Of a DNA stretch of 43,763 bases, positions 24,400-33,938 are shown in pieces. Every line of letters begins with the position of its first letter. Positions within the stretch are counted from its first letter, which is position 1. The notes under the pieces were generated by a model. The model saw nothing but the letters and a program-made list of their open reading frames with translations, was not told the origin of the DNA and made no database searches. The stretch comes from an uncultured Candidatus Saccharibacteria bacterium (GTDB taxonomy: Bacteria > Patescibacteriota > Saccharimonadia > Saccharimonadales > JAGQNJ01). The stretch covers positions 1 through 43,763 of the forward strand of contig CAYRRR010000005.1 in assembly GCA_964426755.1 (NCBI GenBank). The letters are read 5' to 3'. A program made the position numbers and the translations under genes.

Positions 24400-24573
24400 T
24401 TATTTTGGCTTTGAGGTAAGGTGCCAGCCAGAACAGACTGGGCATTTATACACCCGTGACGGCCTCCCTAATTTTTTGAGCAGATTGATTTTCTTTATGG
24501 CTGCTTGTGCTGCGGCATCGCTAGAATACCGTGTTTTACGCTTACACACCTCTTTTTCTTTTGCTGTAGACAT
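24400..24573 (-). CDS. 57-aa basic protein with Cys/His Zn-finger-like motif
   Basis: C.RKTRY...VYKCPVCSGWHLTS; TGC-TACTAT 6 nt upstream of ATG 24573. Confidence 0.75.
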   Translation of the reverse strand: MSTAKEKEVCKRKTRYSSDAAAQAAIKKINLLKKLGRPSRVYKCPVCSGWHLTSKPK

Positions 24574-24647
24574 GAATGTATAGTAGCAAAGAGGTGCTGC
24601 TAGAAAAAAATAAATCAATGCGTTACATTGGTGATCGCGATAGATCT

Positions 24648-24839
24648 TTAGTGCTTATCAAGGAATGCGCTAACTTGAGGTTCTACTTCTGGCGGTAAGC
24701 CTTGGCGCTCGCGCAATTGTCTTGTTATTGCTGCTACCACCGATGTGATAATTTCTTCTTTTGATAGTGGCGTGAACTCAACAAAGGTATTGCCACGATC
24801 AAGCACGTTATCGCGCGGTGCATGAGGAACGCTCTCCAT
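24648..24839 (-). CDS. hypothetical ~63-aa protein
   Basis: 3' part of track ORF 24648..25019; start uncertain (24839 or 24860). Confidence 0.4.
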   Translation of the reverse strand: MESVPHAPRDNVLDRGNTFVEFTPLSKEEIITSVVAAITRQLRERQGLPPEVEPQVSAFLDKH

Positions 24840-24907
24840 ATTTGCTGCATGGCCACTCATAGACTCTATTTTAGAGCTTTTTCTATGTTGTTGCTTGCGA
24901 TTAGTGC

Positions 24908-24973
24908 TTAAAATATCCATGATAAAACAACAAGTAGACCAATTACTGCCAGAATGCCCCAGACTATGTTCAT
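24908..24973 (-). CDS. 21-aa hydrophobic peptide
   Basis: MNIVWGILAVIGLLVVLSWIF*, preceded by AAAGGAGGTGATT-ATG. Confidence 0.65.
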   Translation of the reverse strand: MNIVWGILAVIGLLVVLSWIF

Positions 24974-25232
24974 AATCACCTCCTTTCAGTTGACCATGAT
25001 ATTGTAAGCCGAGCGGCAATTGCCTTCAGCGATAATTCTTACAGATCACTAAATAGCCATGTGCGTACACGATAATCACTTACTGTAAAATAATTAATTA
25101 AGCGTTATAAGTTTTTTTGATATGGTTTAGAAATGATACGGGTATTATTTGGGCGAGTTTTTTTGATCATACAACTGGCTATAGTAGTCCGTCGAATGCT
25201 AAAACTGCTTGGTAAATTTCAGCAGCAAAAAT

Positions 25233-25265
25233 AAAAACTTCCCGGTTTTTTTGCGGGAAGTTTTT
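25233..25265. terminator. terminator after the RRM gene
   Basis: AAAAACTTCCCG-N9-CGGGAAGTTTTT. Confidence 0.85.
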
Positions 25266-25271
25266 ACTGCT

Positions 25272-25598
25272 TTATCGTTGTCGGAACGATGAGCCGCGAT
25301 TGAAGCCGCCGCCACCGCCTGAACGAAAACCGCCACCAGATGGGCGCTCTTCGCGTGGGCGTGCCTCGTTGACGACAATTTTGCGTCCACCAAGATCACT
25401 ACCATCAAGTGCCTTGATAGCAGCTTGTGCTTCTTCAGCAGATTCAAACTCCACAAAACCAAAGCCTTTTGAGCGGCCTGATTCTCGGTCTTGGATCACT
25501 GTCGCTGAAGCAACCGAGCCGTGAGCTGCAAATAAATCTTGTAACTCTTGGTCGGTAGTACTGTAGGGTAAACCCCCTACGTATAACTTACTAGCCAT
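25272..25598 (-). CDS. RRM (RNP-1) RNA-binding protein with Gly/Arg-rich tail
   Basis: RNP-2 LYVGGL, RNP-1 KGFGFVEF, 'VVNEARPRE'; SD AAGGA. Confidence 0.95.
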   Translation of the reverse strand: MASKLYVGGLPYSTTDQELQDLFAAHGSVASATVIQDRESGRSKGFGFVEFESAEEAQAAIKALDGSDLGGRKIVVNEARPREERPSGGGFRSGGGGGFNRGSSFRQR

Positions 25599-25712
25599 TA
25601 GATATTCCTTCTTATTTTTCTAAACCAGGTCGACCTATCTTAACTCACACACTAAAAACAATGGCTAGCAAGAATCCTGTTGCCTAATTTTACCTTTTTT
25701 TGGTCAATAATG

Positions 25713-26816
25713 CTACCGTCTTTCGCCAATTGGCACATCAGCCGCCTCTGGCTCTGGCAGCTTAATGTATGTGCGGGTTGGCTGCTTGTCTTTGCTATCA
25801 TTTAAAAACTCGTTTATGTCTTTAAAATTAAAGACAATGTGGGCCGCTTTTGCCTTGTTGCCTTCTTGAATCTCGAGTAACTTATATATTTCTAAACCAT
25901 TGCCAGTGTGCACGATATCTGAAGTCTGGCCGGGTTGTAGCGTAAATATGGCGTTGAGTGCCTTCGGGTTAAGATCTCGGTTAGACTTTTCAATCAAAAA
26001 GCCAAACTCTCCGCCCGCATCTTTAGAAGACACATCGTCAGAGTAACGCTTAGCAATCTCGGCAAAATCTCCGCCCGCTTTTATTTCAGCTAAAGCGGCA
26101 TCAGCCCTACCCTTTGTGTCGGTATCAAGTGTAGCCAGTACTTTTTGACGCAATAAGTTATCACGTGCGTAGCGCTTGAAGTCAGCTCGCGACCAACCAA
26201 AGTATTGCCGCAACACGTCTTCAAGCACCTCATCGGTACTACCAAGCCGCTCCTGGTTGCGTAGCAAGGTAATTTGATCCTCTACCTCTCTGTCCGAAAC
26301 TGTGATGTTTTTATCTTTAGCGATTTTTTTAATATATGCATCGTCAATAACCTTCTCAAGCGCACGACGCTTATACTCATCAAGCTGCTGTTTGCCCACT
26401 TCGCTGTTAAAATCAAGTTTCTGTTGATTTTCGTAGTAGTGCATGTAACGCCGAACCTCAAACAGGTAGTTTTCGTATGCTATAAACCGCCCACCCTGCC
26501 GTGCAATCGGAAACGGAATCACTTGCGTAGCCTTATATAGAAAGGTAGAAGTTGATTGCAAACGGTACAGCGCAATTGTGCAATAGGTAAAGAAGGCCAC
26601 CAAAGTAATTAAAACAATCGACACCGTTAACAAAACAATCTTGTGCTTTGAATGCTGCAATGGATAGATGTATTTGCGGGCACTACCTAGTACCTCTTCA
26701 CGGTGTTCTGCCACTGTATCATTGGTGATGCGCGGCAAACTCGTGACAGGTATAGCCTCTTGTTGTTTCTTGCGTCGAAGCTTTGGTTTTTTAAATTTCT
26801 TCAAGTGTTTCTTCAT
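25713..26816 (-). CDS. SurA/PrsA-like parvulin peptidyl-prolyl isomerase
   Basis: TM anchor, SurA-N-like helical region, 'FAEIAKRYSDD..SKDAGGEFGF'. Start probably ATG 26816. Confidence 0.85.
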   Translation of the reverse strand: MKKHLKKFKKPKLRRKKQQEAIPVTSLPRITNDTVAEHREEVLGSARKYIYPLQHSKHKIVLLTVSIVLITLVAFFTYCTIALYRLQSTSTFLYKATQVIPFPIARQGGRFIAYENYLFEVRRYMHYYENQQKLDFNSEVGKQQLDEYKRRALEKVIDDAYIKKIAKDKNITVSDREVEDQITLLRNQERLGSTDEVLEDVLRQYFGWSRADFKRYARDNLLRQKVLATLDTDTKGRADAALAEIKAGGDFAEIAKRYSDDVSSKDAGGEFGFLIEKSNRDLNPKALNAIFTLQPGQTSDIVHTGNGLEIYKLLEIQEGNKAKAAHIVFNFKDINEFLNDSKDKQPTRTYIKLPEPEAADVPIGERR

Positions 26817-27363
26817 TTTCATCCCCACTCTTAATTTCTGCTTCATCCATAGGCTCAGCCTCAATCCCCTCTTGCCTCAAAATTTCATTAATCTTTCTAA
26901 TGACTTCTGCAGGATGATATACCTCGTGAACAACCAAGTCCCCCATGTATGTTTGTATAATTATTGTACCAAATCCAAGCAGCGTTGCCTGCACTCCCTT
27001 AATTTCATAGTTAGTTGACTGGATTTTATTTAGCCCTATATCTACTACCGATTTGCTAAAGAAACCCTTTTGCGATATCTGCACAAACCGTTGGTCAGTA
27101 ACAATAAAGATGCTGTAATACCATAAAATCCATGAGGGTAAAAATAATAAAAAAGCCAATACAAGCCCGCCAGCCATCCCCCCGTAAAAATACGACATTT
27201 CCGGCTTAATAAGAGCCGGGATGGTGCCGAGTAGTATGGCAAACATTGATATCACCAAGCCCTTACGCATAACGATGGGGTGTTTTCTAAACGTGTATAA
27301 CACCTCTTCATCATCAAACTGGTCTGCAAATTCTTTTTGAGCGGCTTTTTCTTTTTTTGCCAT
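26791..27363 (-). CDS. membrane protein with bacterial PH (bPH_2) domain
   Basis: Two TM helices then 'IFIVTDQRFVQISQKGFF...IQS...LLGFGTIIIQT'. Confidence 0.8.
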   Translation of the reverse strand: MAKKEKAAQKEFADQFDDEEVLYTFRKHPIVMRKGLVISMFAILLGTIPALIKPEMSYFYGGMAGGLVLAFLLFLPSWILWYYSIFIVTDQRFVQISQKGFFSKSVVDIGLNKIQSTNYEIKGVQATLLGFGTIIIQTYMGDLVVHEVYHPAEVIRKINEILRQEGIEAEPMDEAEIKSGDENEETLEEI

Positions 27364-27394
27364 AACCCTATTCTACTCTACTTTGACTTATAGA

Positions 27395-27470
27395 TGGTAC
27401 CCTGGGAGGGAGTCGAACCCCCAACCTTTTCCTTAGGACGGAACCGCTCTATCCATTGAGCTACCAGGGC
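27395..27470 (-). tRNA. tRNA-Arg(CCT)
   Basis: 76-nt cloverleaf; loop GTCCTAA; CCA encoded. Confidence 0.92.
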
Positions 27471-27546
27471 GGATTCATATTATTATAGCGGAGAGTACTA
27501 TAGGTCTGAGCGTATAATTGACAGGCCATCATGCAAGCACTCCTAA

Positions 27547-28104
27547 TTAAGCTTGAGTTAATTGCTCGTGAACTGTCTTGTATGCAAATAGTTCGTTTTC
27601 GTCAAACCACATCTTTATTTCTTGTTCGGCCTCTTTAACAGAGCCAGAAGCATGAACAATATTTGCAGCACCCTTCTTTTGCAACGAAGCCCTACCAAGA
27701 CTGAGGTGCGCATAGTCTCCACGAATTGTGCCTGGCAAAGAATCTTTAGGCCCGGTGTTTCCTACCATCTTGCGAACAATCTCAACCGCATGGCCACCTT
27801 CAAGCACAACGGCAATCACGGGAGCGCTCTTCATAAAGTCGCGGGTAGCCTCTACAATCATTTTGCCAATCTCTTCTACAGACTCGCTGTACTCAACACC
27901 ATAGTTATCCCAGTCTTCTTTAGTTTTGTTACCCACTATCGGAATAAGGTCATCGGGGTAATGATTTCGGAGCAACTCCATCTCAGGTATCATCATCTTC
28001 ATCCCAATTATCTTAAGGCCAACTCGCTCAAACCGCGTGATTATCTCACCCGCAATCGCTCTTTGCACGGTATCAGGTTTCAAAATAACTAAAGTTCTTT
28101 CCAT
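27547..28104 (-). CDS. ndk: nucleoside-diphosphate kinase (with internal insertion)
   Basis: MERTLVILKPD.VQR; PGTIRGDY; NIVHASGS with the catalytic His. Confidence 0.93.
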   Translation of the reverse strand: MERTLVILKPDTVQRAIAGEIITRFERVGLKIIGMKMMIPEMELLRNHYPDDLIPIVGNKTKEDWDNYGVEYSESVEEIGKMIVEATRDFMKSAPVIAVVLEGGHAVEIVRKMVGNTGPKDSLPGTIRGDYAHLSLGRASLQKKGAANIVHASGSVKEAEQEIKMWFDENELFAYKTVHEQLTQA

Positions 28105-28195
28105 TATTAATGCTTCCTTACAATTTAGTGTTACTGTTTATTCTAACAGATAGCACCGCCCTGATAAACCCCATACATTCAAAGTGTCTTAAGAG

Positions 28196-28213
28196 CTAGT
28201 CCGGCCGGACTAG
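28196..28213. repeat. perfect 18-bp palindrome between ndk and xer
   Basis: CTAGTCCGG|CCGGACTAG, with no loop. Confidence 0.85.
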
Positions 28214-28261
28214 TTATGTGATTGTGAGTGAAGTCATTTGGTAATGTCGTACAATATAGAT

Positions 28262-29188
28262 ATGTTGTTTTCAAAAGCAAAAACTGATTTTCTAGAATAT
28301 CTTGAAATTGAGCAAAATCGCTCACAGCGAACAATCCACAATTATGACCATTACCTTACCCGATTAGAAGATTACGGCGGAGACATTCAAGTTGAAAATA
28401 TTGATCAAGAATTTATTCGCAAGTGGCGTTTGTGGCTAAACAGGCTCGGCACCAACACCAGCGAAGAACTGCAAAAAAACACTCTTAATTATCATCTTAT
28501 TGCACTCAGAAGTTTTTTAAAGTGGTGCGCTAAACGCGACATTAAAGCTTTACCTGCAGACAAAATAGAGTTAGCAAAAGTTGTTCGTAAGCAAGTTACG
28601 TTTTTAAATAACGATGAGTTGAATAATTTATTTGCTCAACCAGACACCCACACGTTACAGGGGTTACGAGACCGCGCAATTCTAGAATTACTTTTTTCAA
28701 GTGGTCTGCGCGTTTCTGAACTCGTTAGCCTTAACAAAGAACACGTTAATTTAAAACGCCAAGAATTTATGGTGCGCGGCAAAGGCCAAAAAGACCGTCC
28801 AATATTTATTAGTAATGCTGCTGCGGACTGGCTGAGCAAATATATAGAAACGCGAAACGATACTATCCCTGCCCTCTTTATACGTCATGGCAATAAAAAA
28901 GAAAGTCCTGATAGGACAGGCAATTACCAGCGACTTACCGCACGAAGCGTACAGCGCATGGTTAGTCGTTATGCGTTGCTGGCGGGTATAACCAAACATG
29001 TTTCACCGCACACACTGCGCCACAGCTTTGCCACCGACCTGCTTATGAACGGCGCTGATCTTAGAAGCGTACAAGCCTTGCTTGGGCACAGCAATATTGC
29101 CACCACCCAAATCTATACACACGTAACTGACCCCCACCTAAAACAGGTCCATCAAAAATATCACAGCAAAGACAAAGCATCCCGCTGA
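28262..29188 (+). CDS. XerC/XerD-type tyrosine recombinase
   Basis: SAM-like N-terminal domain; RDRAILELLFSSGLRVSEL; V.GKG.K.R; HTLRHSFAT; LLGHSNIATTQIYTHV. Start at 28262 follows TACAAT by 6 nt. Confidence 0.92.
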   Translation: MLFSKAKTDFLEYLEIEQNRSQRTIHNYDHYLTRLEDYGGDIQVENIDQEFIRKWRLWLNRLGTNTSEELQKNTLNYHLIALRSFLKWCAKRDIKALPADKIELAKVVRKQVTFLNNDELNNLFAQPDTHTLQGLRDRAILELLFSSGLRVSELVSLNKEHVNLKRQEFMVRGKGQKDRPIFISNAAADWLSKYIETRNDTIPALFIRHGNKKESPDRTGNYQRLTARSVQRMVSRYALLAGITKHVSPHTLRHSFATDLLMNGADLRSVQALLGHSNIATTQIYTHVTDPHLKQVHQKYHSKDKASR

Positions 29189-29226
29189 TGATACAGAGAG
29201 CTATGGGTGTAGATTATATTTGAGCC

Positions 29227-30369
29227 TTAAGGAGCAATTGAAGTACTTTTGCTTCTAGTCTGAGTTGGTGACGAGCAGAGATTACGCACCTCAGCACTAT
29301 CGACTTCAAATTTCTTACAAATTGAGTCAGTCGTCTCTAGCGCCGCTTCCGGCATAAATCCACCATAATTATGCTGAAGGCTGCTGTCATTGTAGGGGAT
29401 GCGCATTCTTACACGACGTAATACATCCGCCGCCTTGCCTGTAACATCAATATTTATTTGTCCACCCACTAAACTAACCCGTTGATTCGAAGCATCGAAC
29501 CCCTCGATATCAAGGCTCATCTTTTTATACAATGGCTTTATATGTAAATAAAATTCTCTTTGAGGATTCGTAATGTTGATCTCGACATTACAATATTTAG
29601 GAGTGCTGGCTGCATTGCATCTACCATCTACAAACGCACCTTGTTGTGGCCTTACTTGACCAAGCGCGTCACCCGGATTATATGCAACCTGCCCAGATTG
29701 GCCTGAAACGCTATGCGCAGCCGGATATAAGAACATGGTTTGAGATTCGCTTAATAACCGGTCCCTCGTTAAGCTACCGCCGTTAAACCCTGGAATTATA
29801 GTTGCCCTGACGACACCAGTTTTAGTGGTACGATCATTCAGCGGAAATGATTTTTGCGGTAGGGCATGTTCAGTTGCCCGAGGTCCAGATTCAAATGATA
29901 CACTTCCGTCAACGTTTTGCCAGCTAATGCGAATTTTTTGAATTGGGCTACCATTTGAGTTAACAGGCACCACGAAAGAACCATCAATCGGGTCAAGCGA
30001 AGAATATGTCAGATTTGGCGGGTCTTGATCTATGAGAACGCAGGTATACTCAACATTATCTTTTATGACATTGTTGAAACTAAGGCCATTAACGGCAGCT
30101 GGGTTCTTAAAATCCTGACAATTATTGATATTGCCCGTCAGCAAGCCTGAACGAATTGCAAGCGCGACATCTTGAGCGGCTGATTCTGCGGCGTATAACG
30201 CCTGAGAACTCAGTTGCCTATCTAGTGCTTGTCGTTGCTCGCGCCTTACAACAAGCGCAAAACTCGTAACGATTAGCGTGACCAGCACCATAATTATGAT
30301 CGTTACCGTTATGGCTACCGCTCCGCTTTCATCCCTTGATAATCTGAAGTATTTACCGAATACTTTCAT
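29227..30369 (-). CDS. PilX-like minor pilin
   Basis: SG|AVAITV N-terminal helix lacking Glu5, then 'A..AAESA', typical of PilX N-termini. Confidence 0.75.
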   Translation of the reverse strand: MKVFGKYFRLSRDESGAVAITVTIIIMVLVTLIVTSFALVVRREQRQALDRQLSSQALYAAESAAQDVALAIRSGLLTGNINNCQDFKNPAAVNGLSFNNVIKDNVEYTCVLIDQDPPNLTYSSLDPIDGSFVVPVNSNGSPIQKIRISWQNVDGSVSFESGPRATEHALPQKSFPLNDRTTKTGVVRATIIPGFNGGSLTRDRLLSESQTMFLYPAAHSVSGQSGQVAYNPGDALGQVRPQQGAFVDGRCNAASTPKYCNVEINITNPQREFYLHIKPLYKKMSLDIEGFDASNQRVSLVGGQINIDVTGKAADVLRRVRMRIPYNDSSLQHNYGGFMPEAALETTDSICKKFEVDSAEVRNLCSSPTQTRSKSTSIAP

Positions 30370-30388
30370 AGTTATGCTTATTGTACAC

Positions 30389-31060
30389 CTAGAGGCGTCT
30401 CAATACCACCGTATTATACTGAGCCACTGCACACCATTGACTCCCAGCTACTGCCGTTTTGCACCTGCCGGTTCCTAAATCAATCAATTCTTTATCGCCG
30501 TAAATCACGGTTACTTTAACTTCATATAAGTTATCTGCTTTAGGGGTTATCTCAAACTCATGTAACCGCATGTTTTCGCCTAGCAAACTCTCACCGTTAC
30601 TAGCAGGAGGATTGCTTGATAGATTTAATGGCGGATTAGTTGCGCACTCTGCAGCATTGCCAACTTTGTCTCGCCAGACAGCATGCCTAATTTTACCCTG
30701 ACTAATGCCACTTGGAAGACTCTTATTTACCTGCATATTTTTTGTAATAGTATATCGTTGGTTGCCGAGACAATAAGACTTTCTAGTTGCAGAGCTACCC
30801 ATCTCATTATTAATTCCGCCGCCAAATGAAGTAGAGGTTGACTCCATATACTGCGATCCTTCAAATTGAATCGGGCGCGAAATATTCTCTACCAATGTAC
30901 GGGCAGCATCCTGCGTACGCGACATAACAACACCTTTGTAGTACATTTTACTGATATGCAATACGGATATACTGGCGCCCACCAAAATAGTCGACAGAAT
31001 TGCAGTAGCAATTAACAACTCTACTATGGTGAATCCTTTACTATCTAGCTTTAGCTTCAT
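30389..31060 (-). CDS. PilW-like minor pilin
   Basis: KG|FTIVELLIA class III signal peptide. Confidence 0.85.
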   Translation of the reverse strand: MKLKLDSKGFTIVELLIATAILSTILVGASISVLHISKMYYKGVVMSRTQDAARTLVENISRPIQFEGSQYMESTSTSFGGGINNEMGSSATRKSYCLGNQRYTITKNMQVNKSLPSGISQGKIRHAVWRDKVGNAAECATNPPLNLSSNPPASNGESLLGENMRLHEFEITPKADNLYEVKVTVIYGDKELIDLGTGRCKTAVAGSQWCAVAQYNTVVLRRL

Positions 31061-31582
31061 TTAATATGTTCCTTTATAGACAAGGTAAAGAACTTCTTGA
31101 CCGCCACCACCTGAACGATCCCAGGTTGCATTAACGGTATAAATAACCTCTCTGTATGTAAACGATCCGACTGCTACAGGGGGCTTTCGCTCAGTTTGAA
31201 TGGCGATATGATACCTGCCACTCACAACACATTCACTCGGATAAGAAGTTAGGTTATTCACGGTACTGCTTGCCGCAGCGTTTGCCGTGGTAAGATCATC
31301 TTTCATGCAGTAAAATGGCGGCCTACCTGGTACAGGAGCCGACTCTAGCTGGTTATACTGGCTTATGTCACCAGAGCTGTCGATAATATTCATCCTGGTT
31401 CGCAGCTTTTCAATCTGAGACTCTGCGGCTTTTAAAGCTTCGCTGCGCTCAAAGGCTATTCTTGTAGTATTCAGGCTTCTGGTTGCGATAGAAAAAGCAC
31501 CGCCAATAATTGCGCCCAATACAGCCACTGAAATCATCACCTCTACAATTGTATCGCCCAGTTCGTTCAATTTTATGCGCAT
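31061..31582 (-). CDS. PilV-like minor pilin
   Basis: LG|DTIVEVMISV prepilin motif; start probably ATG 31582. Confidence 0.8.
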   Translation of the reverse strand: MRIKLNELGDTIVEVMISVAVLGAIIGGAFSIATRSLNTTRIAFERSEALKAAESQIEKLRTRMNIIDSSGDISQYNQLESAPVPGRPPFYCMKDDLTTANAAASSTVNNLTSYPSECVVSGRYHIAIQTERKPPVAVGSFTYREVIYTVNATWDRSGGGGQEVLYLVYKGTY

Positions 31583-32433
31583 CGCGAACTCCAACCTGTA
31601 CTGTTCTCAAAGATTTCAATTTTAGTTGCATTTGTGGTACTGGATTCACCCAAGGTTATTATGGCGTGCTGATTGGTCGTACCGCTTTTTAGACAAATAG
31701 CTACGCCCTGAGCAGGGTTGATAGGGGGTGATGCCGAACCAAGCTGTGAGCTTGCCTGACTTGAAAAAGGGTTTGTATTCAACCCTAGTTGCCCACTAAG
31801 TGGTATCAGTTGAATTTGGGCGCTACCTTGCGGCTCGTTGCTTCCACCCATGCTAACCGTACTGCTACCAAAGGTCTGTACGTAAGCTACCCCGTTGTGA
31901 TTATCAGGACTAGTGCCCACTTTTACTTTTCTTACATGTAATCCATGGCCTAATTTATACTCTTCAATATTTTGTGGAATTGTAATTAGGCCTGGATTTG
32001 CCTCTGAAAGCTTCGTAGCTATCTGATTTGCATTTACACTTTTACGTCCATATATTGTGAATACCTTAATGGTGTCACACTTTTCTGCACTACTGCCAGG
32101 ATTACAGCCTGTACCATCGCCACTACCAAATTGAATTGCCTTACCAAGAAATATACAGTCTACGTTTGTTCCTTGCTCGGCAGTTCCACCAACAACACCT
32201 CCACCAGTACATGTAAAGTTATTATTGGTCGGATAAAATCCGGTCGCGACATCATTATTTATTTGGCGCATTTTGGCTTCTAGATCGTTAACAGCATTTG
32301 TAAAATGAGTTCGTGGAATTCTAAACTGGAATAAAGCTAGACTAGAACCAACTAAAGCTATAGTAATAGCTAGCACTATCATGGTTTCAACCATCGTAAA
32401 TCCGTCAACCTTGCGACGAACGCAGTGATTCAT
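31573..32433 (-). CDS. FimT/FimU-like minor pilin
   Basis: DG|FTMVETMIVLAI; Cys-rich globular domain. Confidence 0.8.
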   Translation of the reverse strand: MNHCVRRKVDGFTMVETMIVLAITIALVGSSLALFQFRIPRTHFTNAVNDLEAKMRQINNDVATGFYPTNNNFTCTGGGVVGGTAEQGTNVDCIFLGKAIQFGSGDGTGCNPGSSAEKCDTIKVFTIYGRKSVNANQIATKLSEANPGLITIPQNIEEYKLGHGLHVRKVKVGTSPDNHNGVAYVQTFGSSTVSMGGSNEPQGSAQIQLIPLSGQLGLNTNPFSSQASSQLGSASPPINPAQGVAICLKSGTTNQHAIITLGESSTTNATKIEIFENSTGWSSRCA

Positions 32434-32461
32434 AGGAGAATTATAGCATAAGCACTGTCTA

Positions 32462-33253
32462 TTATGCGTATAAAATAGCCCTTGAGTACCACTGTACGAT
32501 TGTCGGTTCTGCCAAGAAAATAATCACGGTAGCAGTAATTAACAGCGGACCAAAGGGTATCATTGCCTTGGCACTTAATCGTTTCGTAAAAAGGAGCGGC
32601 AAAATTATAATTGTTCCAATTATAGAAGCTACAAATAAAAGCACGAGTGCGCTAATCGGACTCCCTGCCATCATACCAAGTGCAAATGCTATTTTGACGT
32701 CTCCCCCGCCAATCCATTTACCTTTTGACGCTTGAAATAATATCCAAAATAAACCTGCAAGTACCGCACCACCTGAAATAGCCACTAAGACATTTGTAAA
32801 ACTTGATGTATGAATACCTCGTAAGATAGTTGTGAGACTAGCCATAATCGTAACGGCAGCTACCAGGCTATTCGGCAATATCATCCATTTTATATCATAC
32901 ACAAGCAAGGCTATTAATATGACTAGAGTCATCAGCCAAGCGACAAACAGCAGCATACCGTAGAACGTAAAATCGTATGGCCATAAAATAAAAGACATAA
33001 CAAACAGTAGGCCTGTCAATAATTCAACTAATGGGTACTGTTTTGATATAGGCTTTTTACAGTAACGACATCTACCTTTTAGAAGAACCCAGCTAACAAC
33101 CGGTATCAGGTCTTTAGGCGTCAATACTTTCTTGCAGTTTGGGCAAATAGAACGTTCTGTCTTCCAGTTTTTGTGGTGCTTTAGGCGCCACACAAGAGCA
33201 TTAATAAAGCTACCGAGAATAATGCCCAGGATCCCTATTAAATAAATACTCAT
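32462..33253 (-). CDS. pilD: prepilin peptidase
   Basis: GSFINAL, RSICPNC, GRCRYC, YD..WMILP, GGGDVK, IPFGP. Confidence 0.95.
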   Translation of the reverse strand: MSIYLIGILGIILGSFINALVWRLKHHKNWKTERSICPNCKKVLTPKDLIPVVSWVLLKGRCRYCKKPISKQYPLVELLTGLLFVMSFILWPYDFTFYGMLLFVAWLMTLVILIALLVYDIKWMILPNSLVAAVTIMASLTTILRGIHTSSFTNVLVAISGGAVLAGLFWILFQASKGKWIGGGDVKIAFALGMMAGSPISALVLLFVASIIGTIIILPLLFTKRLSAKAMIPFGPLLITATVIIFLAEPTIVQWYSRAILYA

Positions 33254-33284
33254 TTATCTTATATAGTAGCTTTTTATGTGCGTT

Positions 33285-33313
33285 AAAAAAAGAGCGTATT
33301 GTACGCTCTTTTT
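33285..33313. terminator. terminator after the major pilin
   Basis: AAAAAAAGAGCGTA-TTG-TACGCTCTTTTT. Confidence 0.85.
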
Positions 33314-33333
33314 ATTTAAGTTAAATCTCTACC

Positions 33334-33843
33334 TTAATTAACTTGTTGGCATTGTGCGACAAAGTTCGCAGGTGCGGGGTTGGCGGCAGGAGCGCCTGGA
33401 GACTCAATTAAGTAGGTGACTGTGACATCACGAACTGTTCCGCCGGTAGTACCAATTTGTCCACCACCACCAGCTGCACATCGCGAAGAAGAGCGAACAT
33501 ATGCGGTATCACGCACTAATGGATTGGGCAAAGCCTGGAATGCTCGGCTAGCAGGGATGTTCCAGTTTGGGTCAGCCATGCGACTATAGGATGCGTTTGC
33601 AACCTGCAGTTGAGGAGGCATAGCACCGGTTGGTATTTGCCCATTATTATTATTGATTAGCTCTTGAACAATACCGCCTACTTTACTGGCATCATTCTTA
33701 ACTGCTGTATTTCGTGAATTACGCTGCAGCGCAGGTACTGCCAAAAATACAATAAGTATTATCAAACCCGCAATTGCTAAAACAATCAAGACTTCAATAA
33801 TCGTAAAGCCTTCTTCTCTTTTAGTTTTATATTTTTGTAACAT
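33334..33843 (-). CDS. pilA: major type IV pilin
   Basis: EG|FTIIEVLIVLAIAGLI; C-terminal Cys pair; own TTGCAT-N17-TAGTAT promoter, SD and terminator. Confidence 0.85.
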   Translation of the reverse strand: MLQKYKTKREEGFTIIEVLIVLAIAGLIILIVFLAVPALQRNSRNTAVKNDASKVGGIVQELINNNNGQIPTGAMPPQLQVANASYSRMADPNWNIPASRAFQALPNPLVRDTAYVRSSSRCAAGGGGQIGTTGGTVRDVTVTYLIESPGAPAANPAPANFVAQCQQVN

Positions 33844-33938
33844 GCCTTGTTCCCCCTTTAAGGATATTTATTAAAGCATAATTGCTTATGGTTAAAATAC
33901 TATGCCTTTTTACGTTTAAATGCAAGTTTTTTAATGTG

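Noticed and set aside
24840-25019. 5' half of track ORF 24648..25019
   Set aside because: The strong SD points to the 21-aa peptide in another frame; the extension has no supporting start signal.
28100-29230. dif site next to the Xer recombinase
   Set aside because: No match to the 11-6-11 dif consensus was found by eye.
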